DNA from: Syncephalis fuscata S228
Lineage: Eukaryota; Fungi; Zoopagomycota
Reading direction: 5' to 3'
Assembly: GCA_025786725.1 (NCBI GenBank)
Contig: JAHLTZ010000013.1
Location: 186,001-250,000 of the forward strand
DNA: 64,000 bases
Shown: positions 13,801-24,113 of the stretch, piece by piece
Layout of the letters: every line of letters starts with the position of its first letter
Position numbering within the stretch: position 1 is the first letter of the stretch
The notes under the pieces: generated by a model
Database searches by the model: none
What the model was told of the DNA's origin: nothing
The model's input: only the letters and a program-made list of their open reading frames with translations
Made by a program: the position numbers and the translations under genes

Positions 13801-13975
13801 TTATTTTCAAATAAAATAGAGAAGCCATGTGAAGTGAGTTTTCGAACAGATAGTAAATTACTAGTAAGAGATGGAATGTGAAGTACATCACGTAAAACAG
13901 CGTGAACAGTTGATCCATTTAGATGTAGGTCGATTTCAATTGTGCCAATACCAATGGCAGCCATACTAGAGTTGT
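10872..13975 (-). CDS. Copia pol (partial PR, IN, RT, RNase H), uninterrupted frame
   Basis: LWHKRYGHLN...CIAC, IHSDLCGP, LRSDNGTEY, PEQNGTAER, KARLVAQG, QMDVTTAYL, YVDD, GYSDSDWA, KHIDI. Confidence 0.95.
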
Positions 13976-14238
13976 TATAACGTATAAAACTTATTCTTAA
14001 ATTAAACTTAAACTTCCACAATATGTGGCCTGAGAGTGTGTAGAAAAATGTATATCCTCTCTTTATTTGAATAAAACATTAGTGTCTTATATAATGGAAC
14101 AGGGGGTAGTTATTAGGCGTGTGTAATACAATTCAGTATACAATACAATATAATGTTTGGGTATAACATTACATGGGGCCTATTTGTATTGAATGTAACA
14201 TTACACTTGTTACAGTAGTGGTAACACTACATGTTACA
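13976..14238 (-). repeat. Chromovirus 3' LTR (263 bp)
   Basis: Direct repeat of 18965-19228. By eye it differs by one A-run indel and one C/T change. Element-strand termini are TGTAAC...GTTATA. Confidence 0.95.
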
Positions 14239-14239
14239 A

Positions 14240-14250
14240 TTCTTCCCCCC
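14240..14250 (-). other. Polypurine tract GGGGGGAAGAA
   Basis: Immediately precedes the 3' LTR on the element strand. Confidence 0.85.
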
Positions 14251-14309
14251 ATGGAAATGAATGCCGTCTCGGCATTAGAACATAATGAAAACATACACAA
14301 TTAGTTCAC

Positions 14310-17300
14310 TTAAGTGGCTTGTGAATTATTAAACGCGTCTAGTATCTCTGGCGCATTCGCAAGGTCGTCGCGTGATTGCCAGGTAGCTTCACTTTGATCG
14401 TATCCTTTCCATTTGACTAAATATTCGATACGGCCTCGCCTTTTTCGTTCTTTGAGTATAGCTTCAACTTCGTACTCTTCTTGTCCGGCAATAACATCTG
14501 GAGGTGGTCGGGTAGGTTGTCTTTCGCCAAATTCGGTTGGATTTGGTTCATGTCGTTTAAGTTTAGATATATGAAATACAGGATGTATTCGCATATTATT
14601 TGGTAACTCCAACTTATACGCAACAGAAGATACCTTTTCCACGATAGGAAATGGTCCGAGAAAACGGGCATTAAACTTACGCGTAGGCCGTTGTTTATCT
14701 GCTTCTGTTGTAATGTTGGCAGTTGACAACATGACTAAATTACCAACTTCATATTCTTCTTCTCGTCGTCTATTATCGGCATAACGGGCTTGTCGATCTT
14801 GAGCAATTTTCATTGCAGATTGGGCTTCTGTCAATATAATGTTCATTTTACCAAGGAATTGTGCGGTATTATCTACTAATGTAATGTCGTTATAATCTTG
14901 TTTCACTATAAGATTATCTGCCATTCTTGGATGTCGTCCTAAATCACAATAAAATGGTGTCATTTTAATTGACGATTGTTCCGCGTTATTATACGCAAAC
15001 TCCGCTAGAGAGAGGCAGGTATCCCAATCATCCTGATGATAATTTACGTAATGTCGCAGTATTTGTTCTAGCGTTCTATTAGTGCGTTCTGTTTGACCAT
15101 CGGTCTGCGGATGATATGCGGTTGATGGTTTAAGTTTAACATCAAGTAATTTGAACAGAGAACGCCAAAAAGAACCAACAAAGCGAGTATCGCGGTCGCA
15201 TACCACGCTCTTAGGGAAGCCGTGTAGACGAACAATATTGTCCACAAATAGCTTGGCGACTTCTGGAGCAGATACAGCAGTTTTAGTAGCAATAAAATGT
15301 GCACGTTTCGTCAAGCGATCGACTACCACGAATATGGCATCATGATGTTGCTTAGTCTTTGGCAATTGAACAATAAAGTCCATAGACAAATCTTGCCAAC
15401 GTCCTTCAGGTACTGGTAATGGTTGTAGTAAACCAGCCGGTTGTTGCTGAGAAGGTTTATTACGCTGGCATGCATCACATGAATTAACATATTTGTAAAT
15501 GTCAGATCGTAATTCAGGCCACCAATATGATCGCTGCACATTTGCAATAGTCTTTTCAATGCCGAAATGGCCAGCAGACGGTGCGTCGTGCCTTTCGCGC
15601 AATATGTCAGCTCGCAACTGATAATCTTTGGGTATGCAAATACGTGGTTCACGATTACGCATTTCGTATATTAGACCATCATCAGAACCAAGTCGAAATT
15701 GGCGCGACCATTTGCGCAATTCTTTCGAATGCGCTGTTTCTATCCCCCCCTCTAGAAATGTTTTCACACCTGTGAAAAACGCGTCTTGATTATATCCTGC
15801 ACGGATACGTTGTAACAAATCATCATTTGGGGCAATAGTAGTGATGTTATTAATAGAGACGGGTGGTGTATCGGTACGTCGTGATAAAGCATCTGCAACG
15901 ACATTCATACGGCCAGGCTTGTAATGAATAGTAAAATTGAAACGACTAATCCATTCTAAATAACGTTCATGGCGAGCAGGTATTTTGACTTGTTCACGTA
16001 TGTATTTAAGCGGCATATGATCTGTATAAATGTCGAAATGTTTGCCAGTAAGGTATGTTTCCCACACACGCGTAGCTTCCATAATTGCAAACATTTCTTT
16101 ATCGTAAGTTGGCCAATTACGCTGTGTGCTTGTAAGAGTGCGTGAGTGGTAGGCAACTGGACGTTTACCACTTTCATCTTCTTGTTCTAGTACAGCACCG
16201 ATGGCGAAGTCGGATGCATCAGTAGTTACCATAAATGGTAATTTGGGGTCGGCTGTACGTAAAATTGGAGCGTTACACAAACGTTTCTTTAATTCCTCGA
16301 ATGCTAATGTAGGCGCACCCGCCATATTGAAAGGTACGTCATCACGTGTAAGTTCACTAAGTGGTTCTGCAATCTTAGAATAATTAGAAACAAAACGCCG
16401 ATAGTAGCCAGTTGTTCCAAGAAAACTACGAATACCAGACACGTCTTTTGGTATTGGCCATGATGTAATAGCCTTTACTTTGTCAGCACATGTATGTATT
16501 CCTTCTGCACTGACCATGTGGCCTAAAAACTCAACATTTGACACACCAAATTCACATTTACTTGCTTTAGCATAAAGTTGATGTTTACGTAAAAGTTCTA
16601 AAACTTGTTTAATATGTTCATTGTGTTCATCAGATGTTTTACTATAAATAAGAATATCATCTAAAAATACAACAACACATTTATCAAGCAAAGGACGTAA
16701 TACATCATGCATAAGTCGCATAAATGTAGCAGGAGCATTGGTCAAGCCAAATGGGAGAACTCGAAACTCATAATGGCCGTATCGTGTGTGAAAAGCCGTT
16801 TTTGGGACATCTTCATCTCGAACGCGTATTTGATGATAGCCAGAACGCAAATCAATTTTAGTAAATATCTTTGCACCTTCTAATTGATCAAATAACTCAT
16901 CAATAAATGGTAATGAGTACTTGTTCTTGATGGTTATGTTATTCAACATACGGTAGTCGACACACATACGCATAGTACCTTCCTTCTTTTTAACAAAAAG
17001 TACTGGTGCGCCGTATGGTGATACGCTTGGTTGAATAAAACCTTTGGCTACTAATTCATCTAGTTGTTGCTTTAATTCGGCCATTTCATTGCGTGATAAT
17101 CGATATGGTGGACGTGAAGGTGGGGCATGACCAGGTTCTAAGTCGATTGCAAAATCGACGGCACGTGGAGGCGGTAATCCGGACGGTAATTCATCTGGAA
17201 ATACATCTTTAAATTGATTTAACGTGGATGCATATTTACCAGAGAAAGCAAGCTTGCCAGGCTCGAGAATGGATACTGTGGTAGTACCACCAGCAGTGGA

Positions 17301-17927
17301 TAAGAATGCGAGGAATGTTTCATTATTGTCTGGTTCATCTAAAGTTTGTTCTAGTTGTTCCAATGACATTAATGAGGGGGTAATAATATGAGTGTTAAAT
17401 GGAATATTACGTGTAGAAGAGGACATATTATTAAATAAAATTGGAGTTGATGTAATTGGATCATTCTGCAATGTCTGTATAGTTCTAGATGTCCAATCAA
17501 TTTGTGGATTGAACATCATAAACCAAGGCATTCCAAGTATTGCCTGATATTTTCCCAATGGCATAATTTCAAAGTCTAAATAGTTGGACCATGATTTTAT
17601 TGAAATTGGTACTGAACGAGCAAACAAGGATGCGCGACAAATAGAACCGTTACCTAGTTTAATTTCCTGGCCACCATTTGCATACTTTTCAGTATTAATG
17701 TTTGAGGACATTACAAATGCTGCGTCAAGGAAATTATCGGTGGCACCACAATCGATTAAAATTAAGGCAGGGTGGCCATTAATTTGAGCATTAAGTGTAA
17801 TTAATGGACATCGTTTTAAGGATGCTAATCGATTGTATTCGGCAGGTAACCCGGGAGGGGAAATTGGTCGGCTACATTGTTTGTGACCAGTGCGTACGCC
17901 GTTCTTCACTGGTCGCTGTCTTTTCCC
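14310..17927 (-). CDS. Chromovirus pol (PR, RT, RH, IN, chromodomain), entered by -1 frameshift
   Basis: [36 protein letters not shown], and chromodomain YEVEAIL...YLVKWKGY...ATW. Confidence 0.95.
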   Translation of the reverse strand, partial: GKRQRPVKNGVRTGHKQCSRPISPPGLPAEYNRLASLKRCPLITLNAQINGHPALILIDCGATDNFLDAAFVMSSNINTEKYANGGQEIKLGNGSICRASLFARSVPISIKSWSNYLDFEIMPLGKYQAILGMPWFMMFNPQIDWTSRTIQTLQNDPITSTPILFNNMSSSTRNIPFNTHIITPSLMSLEQLEQTLDEPDNNETFLAFLSTAGGTTTVSILEPGKLAFSGKYASTLNQFKDVFPDELPSGLPPPRAVDFAIDLEPGHAPPSRPPYRLSRNEMAELKQQLDELVAKGFIQPSVSPYGAPVLFVKKKEGTMRMCVDYRMLNNITIKNKYSLPFIDELFDQLEGAKIFTKIDLRSGYHQIRVRDEDVPKTAFHTRYGHYEFRVLPFGLTNAPATFMRLMHDVLRPLLDKCVVVFLDDILIYSKTSDEHNEHIKQVLELLRKHQLYAKASKCEFGVSNVEFLGHMVSAEGIHTCADKVKAITSWPIPKDVSGIRSFLGTTGYYRRFVSNYSKIAEPLSELTRDDVPFNMAGAPTLAFEELKKRLCNAPILRTADPKLPFMVTTDASDFAIGAVLEQEDESGKRPVAYHSRTLTSTQRNWPTYDKEMFAIMEATRVWETYLTGKHFDIYTDHMPLKYIREQVKIPARHERYLEWISRFNFTIHYKPGRMNVVADALSRRTDTPPVSINNITTIAPNDDLLQRIRAGYNQDAFFTGVKTFLEGGIETAHSKELRKWSRQFRLGSDDGLIYEMRNREPRICIPKDYQLRADILRERHDAPSAGHFGIEKTIANVQRSYWWPELRSDIYKYVNSCDACQRNKPSQQQPAGLLQPLPVPEGRWQDLSMDFIVQLPKTKQHHDAIFVVVDRLTKRAHFIATKTAVSAPEVAKLFVDNIVRLHGFPKSVVCDRDTRFVGSFWRSLFKLLDVKLKPSTAYHPQTDGQTERTNRTLEQILRHYVNYHQDDWDTCLSLAEFAYNNAEQSSIKMTPFYCDLGRHPRMADNLIVKQDYNDITLVDNTAQFLGKMNIILTEAQSAMKIAQDRQARYADNRRREEEYEVGNLVMLSTANITTEADKQRPTRKFNARFLGPFPIVEKVSSVAYKLELPNNMRIHPVFHISKLKRHEPNPTEFGERQPTRPPPDVIAGQEEYEVEAILKERKRRGRIEYLVKWKGYDQSEATWQSRDDLANAPEILDAFNNSQAT
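17885..17927 (-). promoter_or_regulatory. -1 ribosomal frameshift signal (G GGA AAA, 6-nt spacer, 8-bp stem)
   Basis: The slippery heptamer is in the gag frame and pol is in the -1 frame and open. Stem GACCAGTG/CACTGGTC. Confidence 0.8.
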
Positions 17928-18937
17928 GTTTCCGTTTCAGAAGTAGTAGGCGTATCTGAATATGGTTCATCATCGTCATCGGAAATTAATTCGAGGCGGT
18001 AAGCCCGTCGAAATGGGTTGTTATTTGTTTTGAAATGTTGACGGTTAAATGGATTATTATGGTTGCTATTGTTGCGGTTGTTGTTATTGTTATTGTTATT
18101 ATTATTATTGACATATTGGACACGTCGATCAGTATTTCGTCGTTCCGCCATGCAATGTTTGGCCATGTGATTGTTACCACCACAATTATAACATTTAAGT
18201 GGTTGGTTTTCCATACGGTCTAGTTCCATAGGGGCAGATCCGGTGTATTTTGTTTTTAGAGGAGTCATGGAGTGGCCCGTCGTGTCATATAAGGTGGCGG
18301 TGCGAATGGCTTCTTGTAGATCAGTAATACACCGGACGCGTATTTCTTGACTAGCTGTAGCACTATTTAAGCCAGATGCAAATCGATGAACTTGATCGGG
18401 CATATCCATGTTAGGTAACCGGCCGACTACTTCAAGAAATTTGTTAGCGTATTCTTGCACGGACTGTTTGCCTTGCTTAAGACGGTCTAATTGACATCTT
18501 ATGGAGGGGCCTTGTTGTATTGGTTGAAATTGAAATATTAGTCGGTCTTTTAAATTTTCCCAATTTGTAATGTTTGTATAACCTTGTTTCCCTTTTAGGA
18601 AATTTTGACGATTATCAATAAACCATCTTTGTGCTGAACCTCCTAACAAAGAGACGACGGCTACTAGTTGTTGAGCGTCATTCCATTCTGTACGGGCACT
18701 GAGAGCAAAATCCACGGTACCAATCCATAAATTTAAATCTTCTGACGAATGGCCGTGATATTTGGTGAAGTGTGCACCGAACGATAGATTGTGATTGCTA
18801 CTGATGACATGAGGTATTGGTGTAGCAGATCCTGGGGCGTGTTGTGAATCGGTAAGTGTTTCCATTATAGTTGCGGGAAAAAAATCCGGTGAGGGTATTG
18901 GGCTTTCAGAGCTATCACTCGAGTGATCAAATGGCAT
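17906..18937 (-). CDS. Chromovirus gag
   Basis: Retrotrans_gag-like [21 protein letters not shown], and zinc knuckle [14 protein letters not shown]. Confidence 0.92.
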   Translation of the reverse strand: MPFDHSSDSSESPIPSPDFFPATIMETLTDSQHAPGSATPIPHVISSNHNLSFGAHFTKYHGHSSEDLNLWIGTVDFALSARTEWNDAQQLVAVVSLLGGSAQRWFIDNRQNFLKGKQGYTNITNWENLKDRLIFQFQPIQQGPSIRCQLDRLKQGKQSVQEYANKFLEVVGRLPNMDMPDQVHRFASGLNSATASQEIRVRCITDLQEAIRTATLYDTTGHSMTPLKTKYTGSAPMELDRMENQPLKCYNCGGNNHMAKHCMAERRNTDRRVQYVNNNNNNNNNNNRNNSNHNNPFNRQHFKTNNNPFRRAYRLELISDDDDEPYSDTPTTSETETGKDSDQ

Positions 18938-18945
18938 AAGTTAAC

Positions 18946-18963
18946 AACTACCCGTTGCTACCA
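18946..18963 (-). other. Primer-binding site TGGTAGCAACGGGTAGTT (initiator tRNA-Met type)
   Basis: Starts 1 nt after the 5' LTR. TGGTAGC is complementary to the GCUACCA 3' end of initiator tRNA. Confidence 0.8.
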
Positions 18964-18964
18964 A

Positions 18965-19228
18965 TATAACGTATAAAACTTATTCTTAAATTAAACTTAA
19001 ACTTCCACAATATGTGGCCTGAGAGTGTGTAGAAAAAATGTATATTCTCTCTTTATTTGAATAAAACATTAGTGTCTTATATAATGGAACAGGGGGTAGT
19101 TATTAGGCGTGTGTAATACAATTCAGTATACAATACAATATAATGTTTGGGTATAACATTACATGGGGCCTATTTGTATTGAATGTAACATTACACTTGT
19201 TACAGTAGTGGTAACACTACATGTTACA
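18965..19228 (-). repeat. Chromovirus 5' LTR (264 bp)
   Basis: Direct repeat of 13976-14238, adjacent to the PBS. Confidence 0.95.
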
Positions 19229-19230
19229 AA

Positions 19231-19608
19231 ATCGGTTCTAACGACTACGTCCGCAGCAATGTCCGCTCGTTACGAATCCGTTCTATCGATGACTTTCGAT
19301 CTATTGGTCATAGTATTGAATTAGGAAGATACACCCATAAGTTACTGCATGCGGCTAAGGCCAGCATAAACGTTGTTACTAATGACCAATCTCTGTCCGT
19401 GTCCAAGACGGCACCCAATGCAATGCAAGTAGGTACCCGTTCCGGCAATAACCGTCGCCCCAAACAACAGCCAGCTACACGTCGCTTCCCTTGTACCCTC
19501 TGTGATGATACGAATCACTACACACATCAATGTCCAAATTTAGCCACTGCCCGTGCATCGATAGCCAGTAAACTACCTGCTAATGATGCCAAACAGGCGG
19601 AAAACTAA
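19231..19608 (+). CDS. gag C-terminal fragment with CCHC zinc knuckle
   Basis: Frame is open from the junction. Contains CTLCDDTNHYTHQC and ends QAEN*. Confidence 0.85.
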   Translation: MGSNDYVRSNVRSLRIRSIDDFRSIGHSIELGRYTHKLLHAAKASINVVTNDQSLSVSKTAPNAMQVGTRSGNNRRPKQQPATRRFPCTLCDDTNHYTHQCPNLATARASIASKLPANDAKQAEN

Positions 19609-19661
19609 ATGGGACGTCGATGTGTAAGGGTAACGACGTCCCACTCCAAGTAAATCCCTTA
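19599..19661 (+). promoter_or_regulatory. -1 frameshift signal G GAA AAC with predicted H-type pseudoknot
   Basis: Stem 1: GGGACGTCG (19611-19619) with CGACGTCCC (19634-19642). Stem 2: TAAGGG (19625-19630) with CCCTTA (19656-19661). pol is in the -1 frame. Confidence 0.82.
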
Positions 19662-22600
19662 TCGACCATATCCGCAATTAATGTTGCTTCCGCTACCACA
19701 TTATTGCAGGATGGAACGATTAATGGACATATGGTATCGATGTTAATTGATACGGGTGCTGAACGAACGGTTATTTCTAGCGCTATATGTAGAAATATTG
19801 GCCTTGCCTTAGGCCCGTTCACTGATTCATTCGTTAGATTAGCTGATGGCCGACACGCTAACACTCGTGGCCACTCCTTGGTGGATATCGAAATAGCTAG
19901 CGTTGTTCGGAAGGTTAAAGCAATAGTATTAGATACTTCCCCGTATCCAGTATTATTAGGCATGGATTGGTTATCCGCCGCTGGTGCCAGCATTGATTGC
20001 GCAGCTGGCAAATTGTTTATTGATGGCCAATCCATTGACATGAAATTGTCCAACACTCCATCGCACGGTATACATGTAGTTGCCGTGGCTGGAAAAGTCC
20101 GTAATGGCCGGATACTTTCTAAGTTACAACAGCACTTAGTAAGACGGGATATCCGACCTACCGAGCAAGTTGATAATGCCGTGGTATCATTGGCACTATC
20201 CCAACTACCTCGCGTAGATCTGTCTGAGTCCATCCGACTAGCCCGACTCAACAAACTGTTACTGGAATATACGGATCTATTCGCGGTAAATCCGAATAAT
20301 CCACAAGCAGCTACTAGAGTTCGCCATACCATTAATACTGGTGACTCTAAACCCATTAATACTCCTCCGTACCGTTCTGCTTACCGTCAACGTGAAAAGA
20401 TAACTGAAGCCATTAACGATATGCTTGAGAATGGCATTATTGAACCATCTCGCAGTCCTTGGTCATCTCCAGTTGTTCTTGTTAATAAGAAAGATGGTGG
20501 TGAACGTTTTTGTGTCGATTATCGTAAATTGAACGACGCCACTAAGAAGGATTCATATCCTACGACTCGCATTGATGATGCACTAGATATGTTATCTGGT
20601 GCCTGTTGGTTTACTACTTTGGACCTTGCCTCTGGCTATTGGCAAATCCAAATGAACGAAGCAGACAAGGAAAAGACAGCCTTTGTTACACATGCTGGCC
20701 TATATCAATTCCGTGTCATGCCATTTGGCTTATGCAACGCGCCAGCGACCTTTCAACGATTAATGGACGAAGTATTGGCTGGTCTGAAGTGGCATTCATG
20801 TATTGTTTACTTAGACGATATTATTGTATTTGGTAGGACGTTTGATGAACACCTGCAACGTCTACGAACAGTTTTTAATCGTCTACGCGATGCTGGACTT
20901 CGCCTTAAACGTAGCAAATGTCACTTTGGCCAACAACAAATAGCCTATCTTGGCCATGTCGTGAATGCTAATGGTGTTAAACCAGACCCAGATAAAGTCG
21001 CTGCTGTGCATAATTTCCCTCGCCCTACTGATATACGTGGCTGTAAAAGCTTCCTTGGTCTTGCATCCTATTATCGACGCTTTATTAGCCGTTTTGCCGA
21101 ACGAGCCGAGCCCATTCGTCGCCTTGAGAAGAAAGGTACACCCTTCGTGTGGTCAGACGAACAACAAACCGCCTTCGATGATTTACGCACTACATTGACT
21201 AGTGATACTGTGTTAGCTTATCCAACACTATCTAAGCCGTTTCGAATTGAAACTGATGCTTCTACTTACGGTTTGGGCGCAGTATTATCGCAACAAATCG
21301 ACGATGGATGGCGACCGATTGCTTATGCCAGTAGAGCGTTGAATGATGCACAAAAGAACTATTCAGCTACCGAATGCGAATGTATGGCTATTGTATGGGC
21401 CATAGAGAAGTTCCGACCTTATATATACGGTAGTGAATTTACAGTAGTCACTGATCACTCAGCTCTACGTTGGTTAATGTCACGACCCAATCCAACTGGT
21501 CGACTTGGCCGTTGGGCATTGAAGTTACAGGAATACCGTCCGACTATCGAATATAGGCGTGGTACTGCCAATGCCAATGCAGATGCCTTGTCACGAGATC
21601 CGTTGCCATGGCACGAGCTAGTTGAACTAGCTGAACAAGACAAAGTAGAAGAAGTAATGCACATAGCGGAAAATACAACACCGTTGCTACCAACTGAAGA
21701 AGAATGGGTATATGCACAACAAACAGAGTTAACTACTGCTGATGTATATGCTTATTTACAACAAGGTGCTGAGTATATGACGCTAATGTCCGATGCTAGT
21801 CGGCGTGCTTTACGAAAACGTGCTAAACGCTTTGAGCTAGTGACTGGTCGGTTGAAGAGGAAGGTTATGAAAGGCGATGTGATGACAGAGTTGTTGGATG
21901 TTGTGCCTAATCAATATCGACCTATAGTTCTATATCATTGTCATGATAAAGAATTAGCTGGTCATTTGGGTATTACTCGTACTTACCAACGACTACGTCA
22001 GAGCTACTGGTGGCAGAATATGCATAGTGATGTATGCGACTATGTGACATCGTGCACAGTATGTCAGAAGATACGACGAATACACCAACGATCTGGATTA
22101 TTACAATCACTACCAGTGCCAGAAAAGCCATTCGACTTTATTGCCATCGACCTTATGGGTCCATTTACTGAGTCTGAACATGGTAATAAGTACGTAGCTG
22201 TATGCTGTGATTACACCACGCGTTGGATTGAAGCCGCTGCTATCCCAGATGCAACTGCAGAAACTACAGTACAGTTCCTGATGAATAACGTTATTGCTAG
22301 ACACGGCATGCCTAGTGTACTACTTACTGATGGTGGTACTAACTTTACATCTGGATTAACTGCCGGTATTGCGAAACGACTTGGCATACAGCGACGGATT
22401 ACCTCCGCACGACGTCCACAGACTGACGGACTAGTTGAGCGTTTTAATCATACACTTGCATCGATGATCGCTAAGTTCACTAGTGATTTCGAAAAAGATT
22501 GGGATAAATATCTACCCCTGCTATTGTTTGCATACAGAACAACGAAACAGTCATCCGCTGGCCACTCACCATTTCAGTTACTATTCGGCCGAGAGGCGAC

Positions 22601-23147
22601 TCAGCCATTAGAAGTAGCAGTTGGCCCTGTTTCAACGGCTCCAGTTCGGTTCCATAAGAGAGTAGAAGAATATGAGGAATACGTCACCGATCTGCAACTC
22701 CGACTCAATGATGTCAGGGAAAGAGCCAAGTTAATGATTGAAGCGGCCCAACGTCGGCAGTCGGCTAGGTATAATAAAGGAAGAAGAAAAGAGCCATTTA
22801 AAGAAGGTGACTTAGTGTGGATAGAAGAACAACTACTAAAAGGTACGAAGTTGAGAAAGATGAAAGAAAGAATGAAAGGTCCTTTTAAAGTGATAGAACA
22901 AACGTCAGCTGTCAACTACAGACTCAAAGATTTGGAAACACAAAGAATGTTTTCAGAACACGCTGATCGAATAATTCCACTTCACACACGACCTACCCAT
23001 TTATTATTACCCAACATATCAATTAACCAAATATCATTATCTAACCTTTCCACTAATTCACTTAATGTGTCAACGGGACGTTCGACACTTAGTGAGGGAG
23101 TGATGTGGCGACATATTCAGAACACGTGGTACACGGGTACCACGTAA
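19599..23147 (+). CDS. Ty3/gypsy pol (PR, RT, RH, IN)
   Basis: LIDTGA, YLDD, ETDAS, H-H-C-C, IAIDLMGP, TDGGTNF, QTDGLVER, GPF. Confidence 0.95.
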   Translation, partial: GKLNGTSMCKGNDVPLQVNPLSTISAINVASATTLLQDGTINGHMVSMLIDTGAERTVISSAICRNIGLALGPFTDSFVRLADGRHANTRGHSLVDIEIASVVRKVKAIVLDTSPYPVLLGMDWLSAAGASIDCAAGKLFIDGQSIDMKLSNTPSHGIHVVAVAGKVRNGRILSKLQQHLVRRDIRPTEQVDNAVVSLALSQLPRVDLSESIRLARLNKLLLEYTDLFAVNPNNPQAATRVRHTINTGDSKPINTPPYRSAYRQREKITEAINDMLENGIIEPSRSPWSSPVVLVNKKDGGERFCVDYRKLNDATKKDSYPTTRIDDALDMLSGACWFTTLDLASGYWQIQMNEADKEKTAFVTHAGLYQFRVMPFGLCNAPATFQRLMDEVLAGLKWHSCIVYLDDIIVFGRTFDEHLQRLRTVFNRLRDAGLRLKRSKCHFGQQQIAYLGHVVNANGVKPDPDKVAAVHNFPRPTDIRGCKSFLGLASYYRRFISRFAERAEPIRRLEKKGTPFVWSDEQQTAFDDLRTTLTSDTVLAYPTLSKPFRIETDASTYGLGAVLSQQIDDGWRPIAYASRALNDAQKNYSATECECMAIVWAIEKFRPYIYGSEFTVVTDHSALRWLMSRPNPTGRLGRWALKLQEYRPTIEYRRGTANANADALSRDPLPWHELVELAEQDKVEEVMHIAENTTPLLPTEEEWVYAQQTELTTADVYAYLQQGAEYMTLMSDASRRALRKRAKRFELVTGRLKRKVMKGDVMTELLDVVPNQYRPIVLYHCHDKELAGHLGITRTYQRLRQSYWWQNMHSDVCDYVTSCTVCQKIRRIHQRSGLLQSLPVPEKPFDFIAIDLMGPFTESEHGNKYVAVCCDYTTRWIEAAAIPDATAETTVQFLMNNVIARHGMPSVLLTDGGTNFTSGLTAGIAKRLGIQRRITSARRPQTDGLVERFNHTLASMIAKFTSDFEKDWDKYLPLLLFAYRTTKQSSAGHSPFQLLFGREATQPLEVAVGPVSTAPVRFHKRVEEYEEYVTDLQLRLNDVRERAKLMIEAAQRRQSARYNKGRRKEPFKEGDLVWIEEQLLKGTKLRKMKERMKGPFKVIEQTSAVNYRLKDLETQRMFSEHADRIIPLHTRPTHLLLPNISINQISLSNLSTNSLNVSTGRSTLSEGVMWRHIQNTWYTGTT

Positions 23148-23280
23148 TCGATGTGTCAAGCCAGCTATAAAAGCTGGAATATTTACATTTATTAATAAAG
23201 TAGTTCAATTCGAAGAAAACCTTTTATTTACAAGATCCTAGTGTTTTATCTACCTTGCCGTATTACTCAGTCCCCCTTCA
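23101..23280 (+). repeat. 3' LTR of the second gypsy element (start 23101 or 23104)
   Basis: Follows the PPT, has TG...CA ends, and contains TATAAAA and AATAAA. The right boundary is defined by the resumption of host-gene homology at 23281. Confidence 0.72.
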
Positions 23281-23328
23281 TAATAGTAATACGACAAGTG
23301 GTAAGAAATATTTAGTTCCAGATAACAT
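23281..23328 (-). pseudogene. First 16 codons of a secreted pseudokinase-family paralogue, cut by the gypsy LTR
   Basis: MLSGTKYFLPLVVLLL versus the neighbour's MLSGTKCFLPILVLLS. Upstream 23329-~23600 aligns with 25271-~25550. Confidence 0.8.
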
Positions 23329-24113
23329 TATAAATTCTTGTCTAATGCTTTTTTTGTAGTTTCGTAATATTGTAGTTGCAATAATAAAAATAATAGGCAT
23401 AAAGTGAGTTGTGAGAGATAAAGAAATAAAAAGTAACAAATTACTCGGCTATTTATAGCAAATAGTAGTATATAGTAATAGTGCACGCTTTGCTGTTTAA
23501 ACAAAAAAATGTATTTTAACAATGGGCAGCATGGAAATAAAACAATCTAATTAAACGACAGCTCAAAATGGAAATTAGTAATTATTTATGTTAATTAAAA
23601 TACCGTCTTTTATACAAATTAGCTATTGATTTGCCACGTTGATGACATAGAATAAATATGGCAACAGTGATGTGGTGTAGTTGGAATAGAATAATTAACA
23701 GACGATTCAAATGTAGCTGAAATGTATGTATAACATTTCTTTCTAAACTGTAGAATAGCTACGTCATTATACCAACTTGGGATAGAATAAAATGGCGGTT
23801 GTTAAGAAATTATGATATGCAATAAAAATATCGTGTTTTATATTAACAAAGTTATGAAATTAAATATAAAAAAGAAAATTTTTAAAGCACTAGTTTACGG
23901 TTACATCTTTAGTATGAATATGAAATAAAACTAAAAAATATTTAGTCAAATGCATAATCTACATTGATTCAAGTCTTTAACAATAATAAATCACAGAGTA
24001 ACCAAAGTATGTTATAGTTTATTACTTTAGCTACACTACTGCTGCGTGTGGCGATGAAAATAATTGTGCAAAAATAAATTAATATATCTGCAACAAATTC
24101 AGTTATACACTGT

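Larger units (their letters stand above)
10602..13975 (-). mobile_element. Ty1/copia LTR retrotransposon, 5'-truncated (no 5' LTR, gag or protease active site)
   Basis: Domain order GAG-pre-IN/IN, RT, RNase H. Purine tract GAGTAGGAG is followed by a single LTR. The element is cut off by the chromovirus LTR at 13976. Confidence 0.93.
13976..19228 (-). mobile_element. Full-length Ty3/gypsy chromovirus (LTR, PBS, gag, pol-chromodomain, PPT, LTR)
   Basis: Two near-identical LTRs, a tRNA PBS, a PPT, and intact gag and pol. No target-site duplication. Confidence 0.96.
19229..23280 (+). mobile_element. Second Ty3/gypsy element (no chromodomain), 5'-truncated within gag
   Basis: gag C-terminus, intact pol, PPT GAGGGAG ending at 23100, and a single LTR ending CA at 23280. 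Confidence 0.92.

Noticed and set aside
13976-14021. N-terminal MWKFKFNLRISFIRY of the 1049-aa ORF as part of copia pol
   Set aside because: It is chromovirus LTR sequence that happens to be open in frame, with a TTG start.
19580-20356. 258-aa antisense ORF
   Set aside because: Shadow of gypsy pol with no motifs.
23281-23327. Extending the gypsy LTR to ...ATAACA at 23327
   Set aside because: 23281-23328 is the reverse complement of a signal-peptide exon homologous to 25223-25270, so the LTR ends at 23280.
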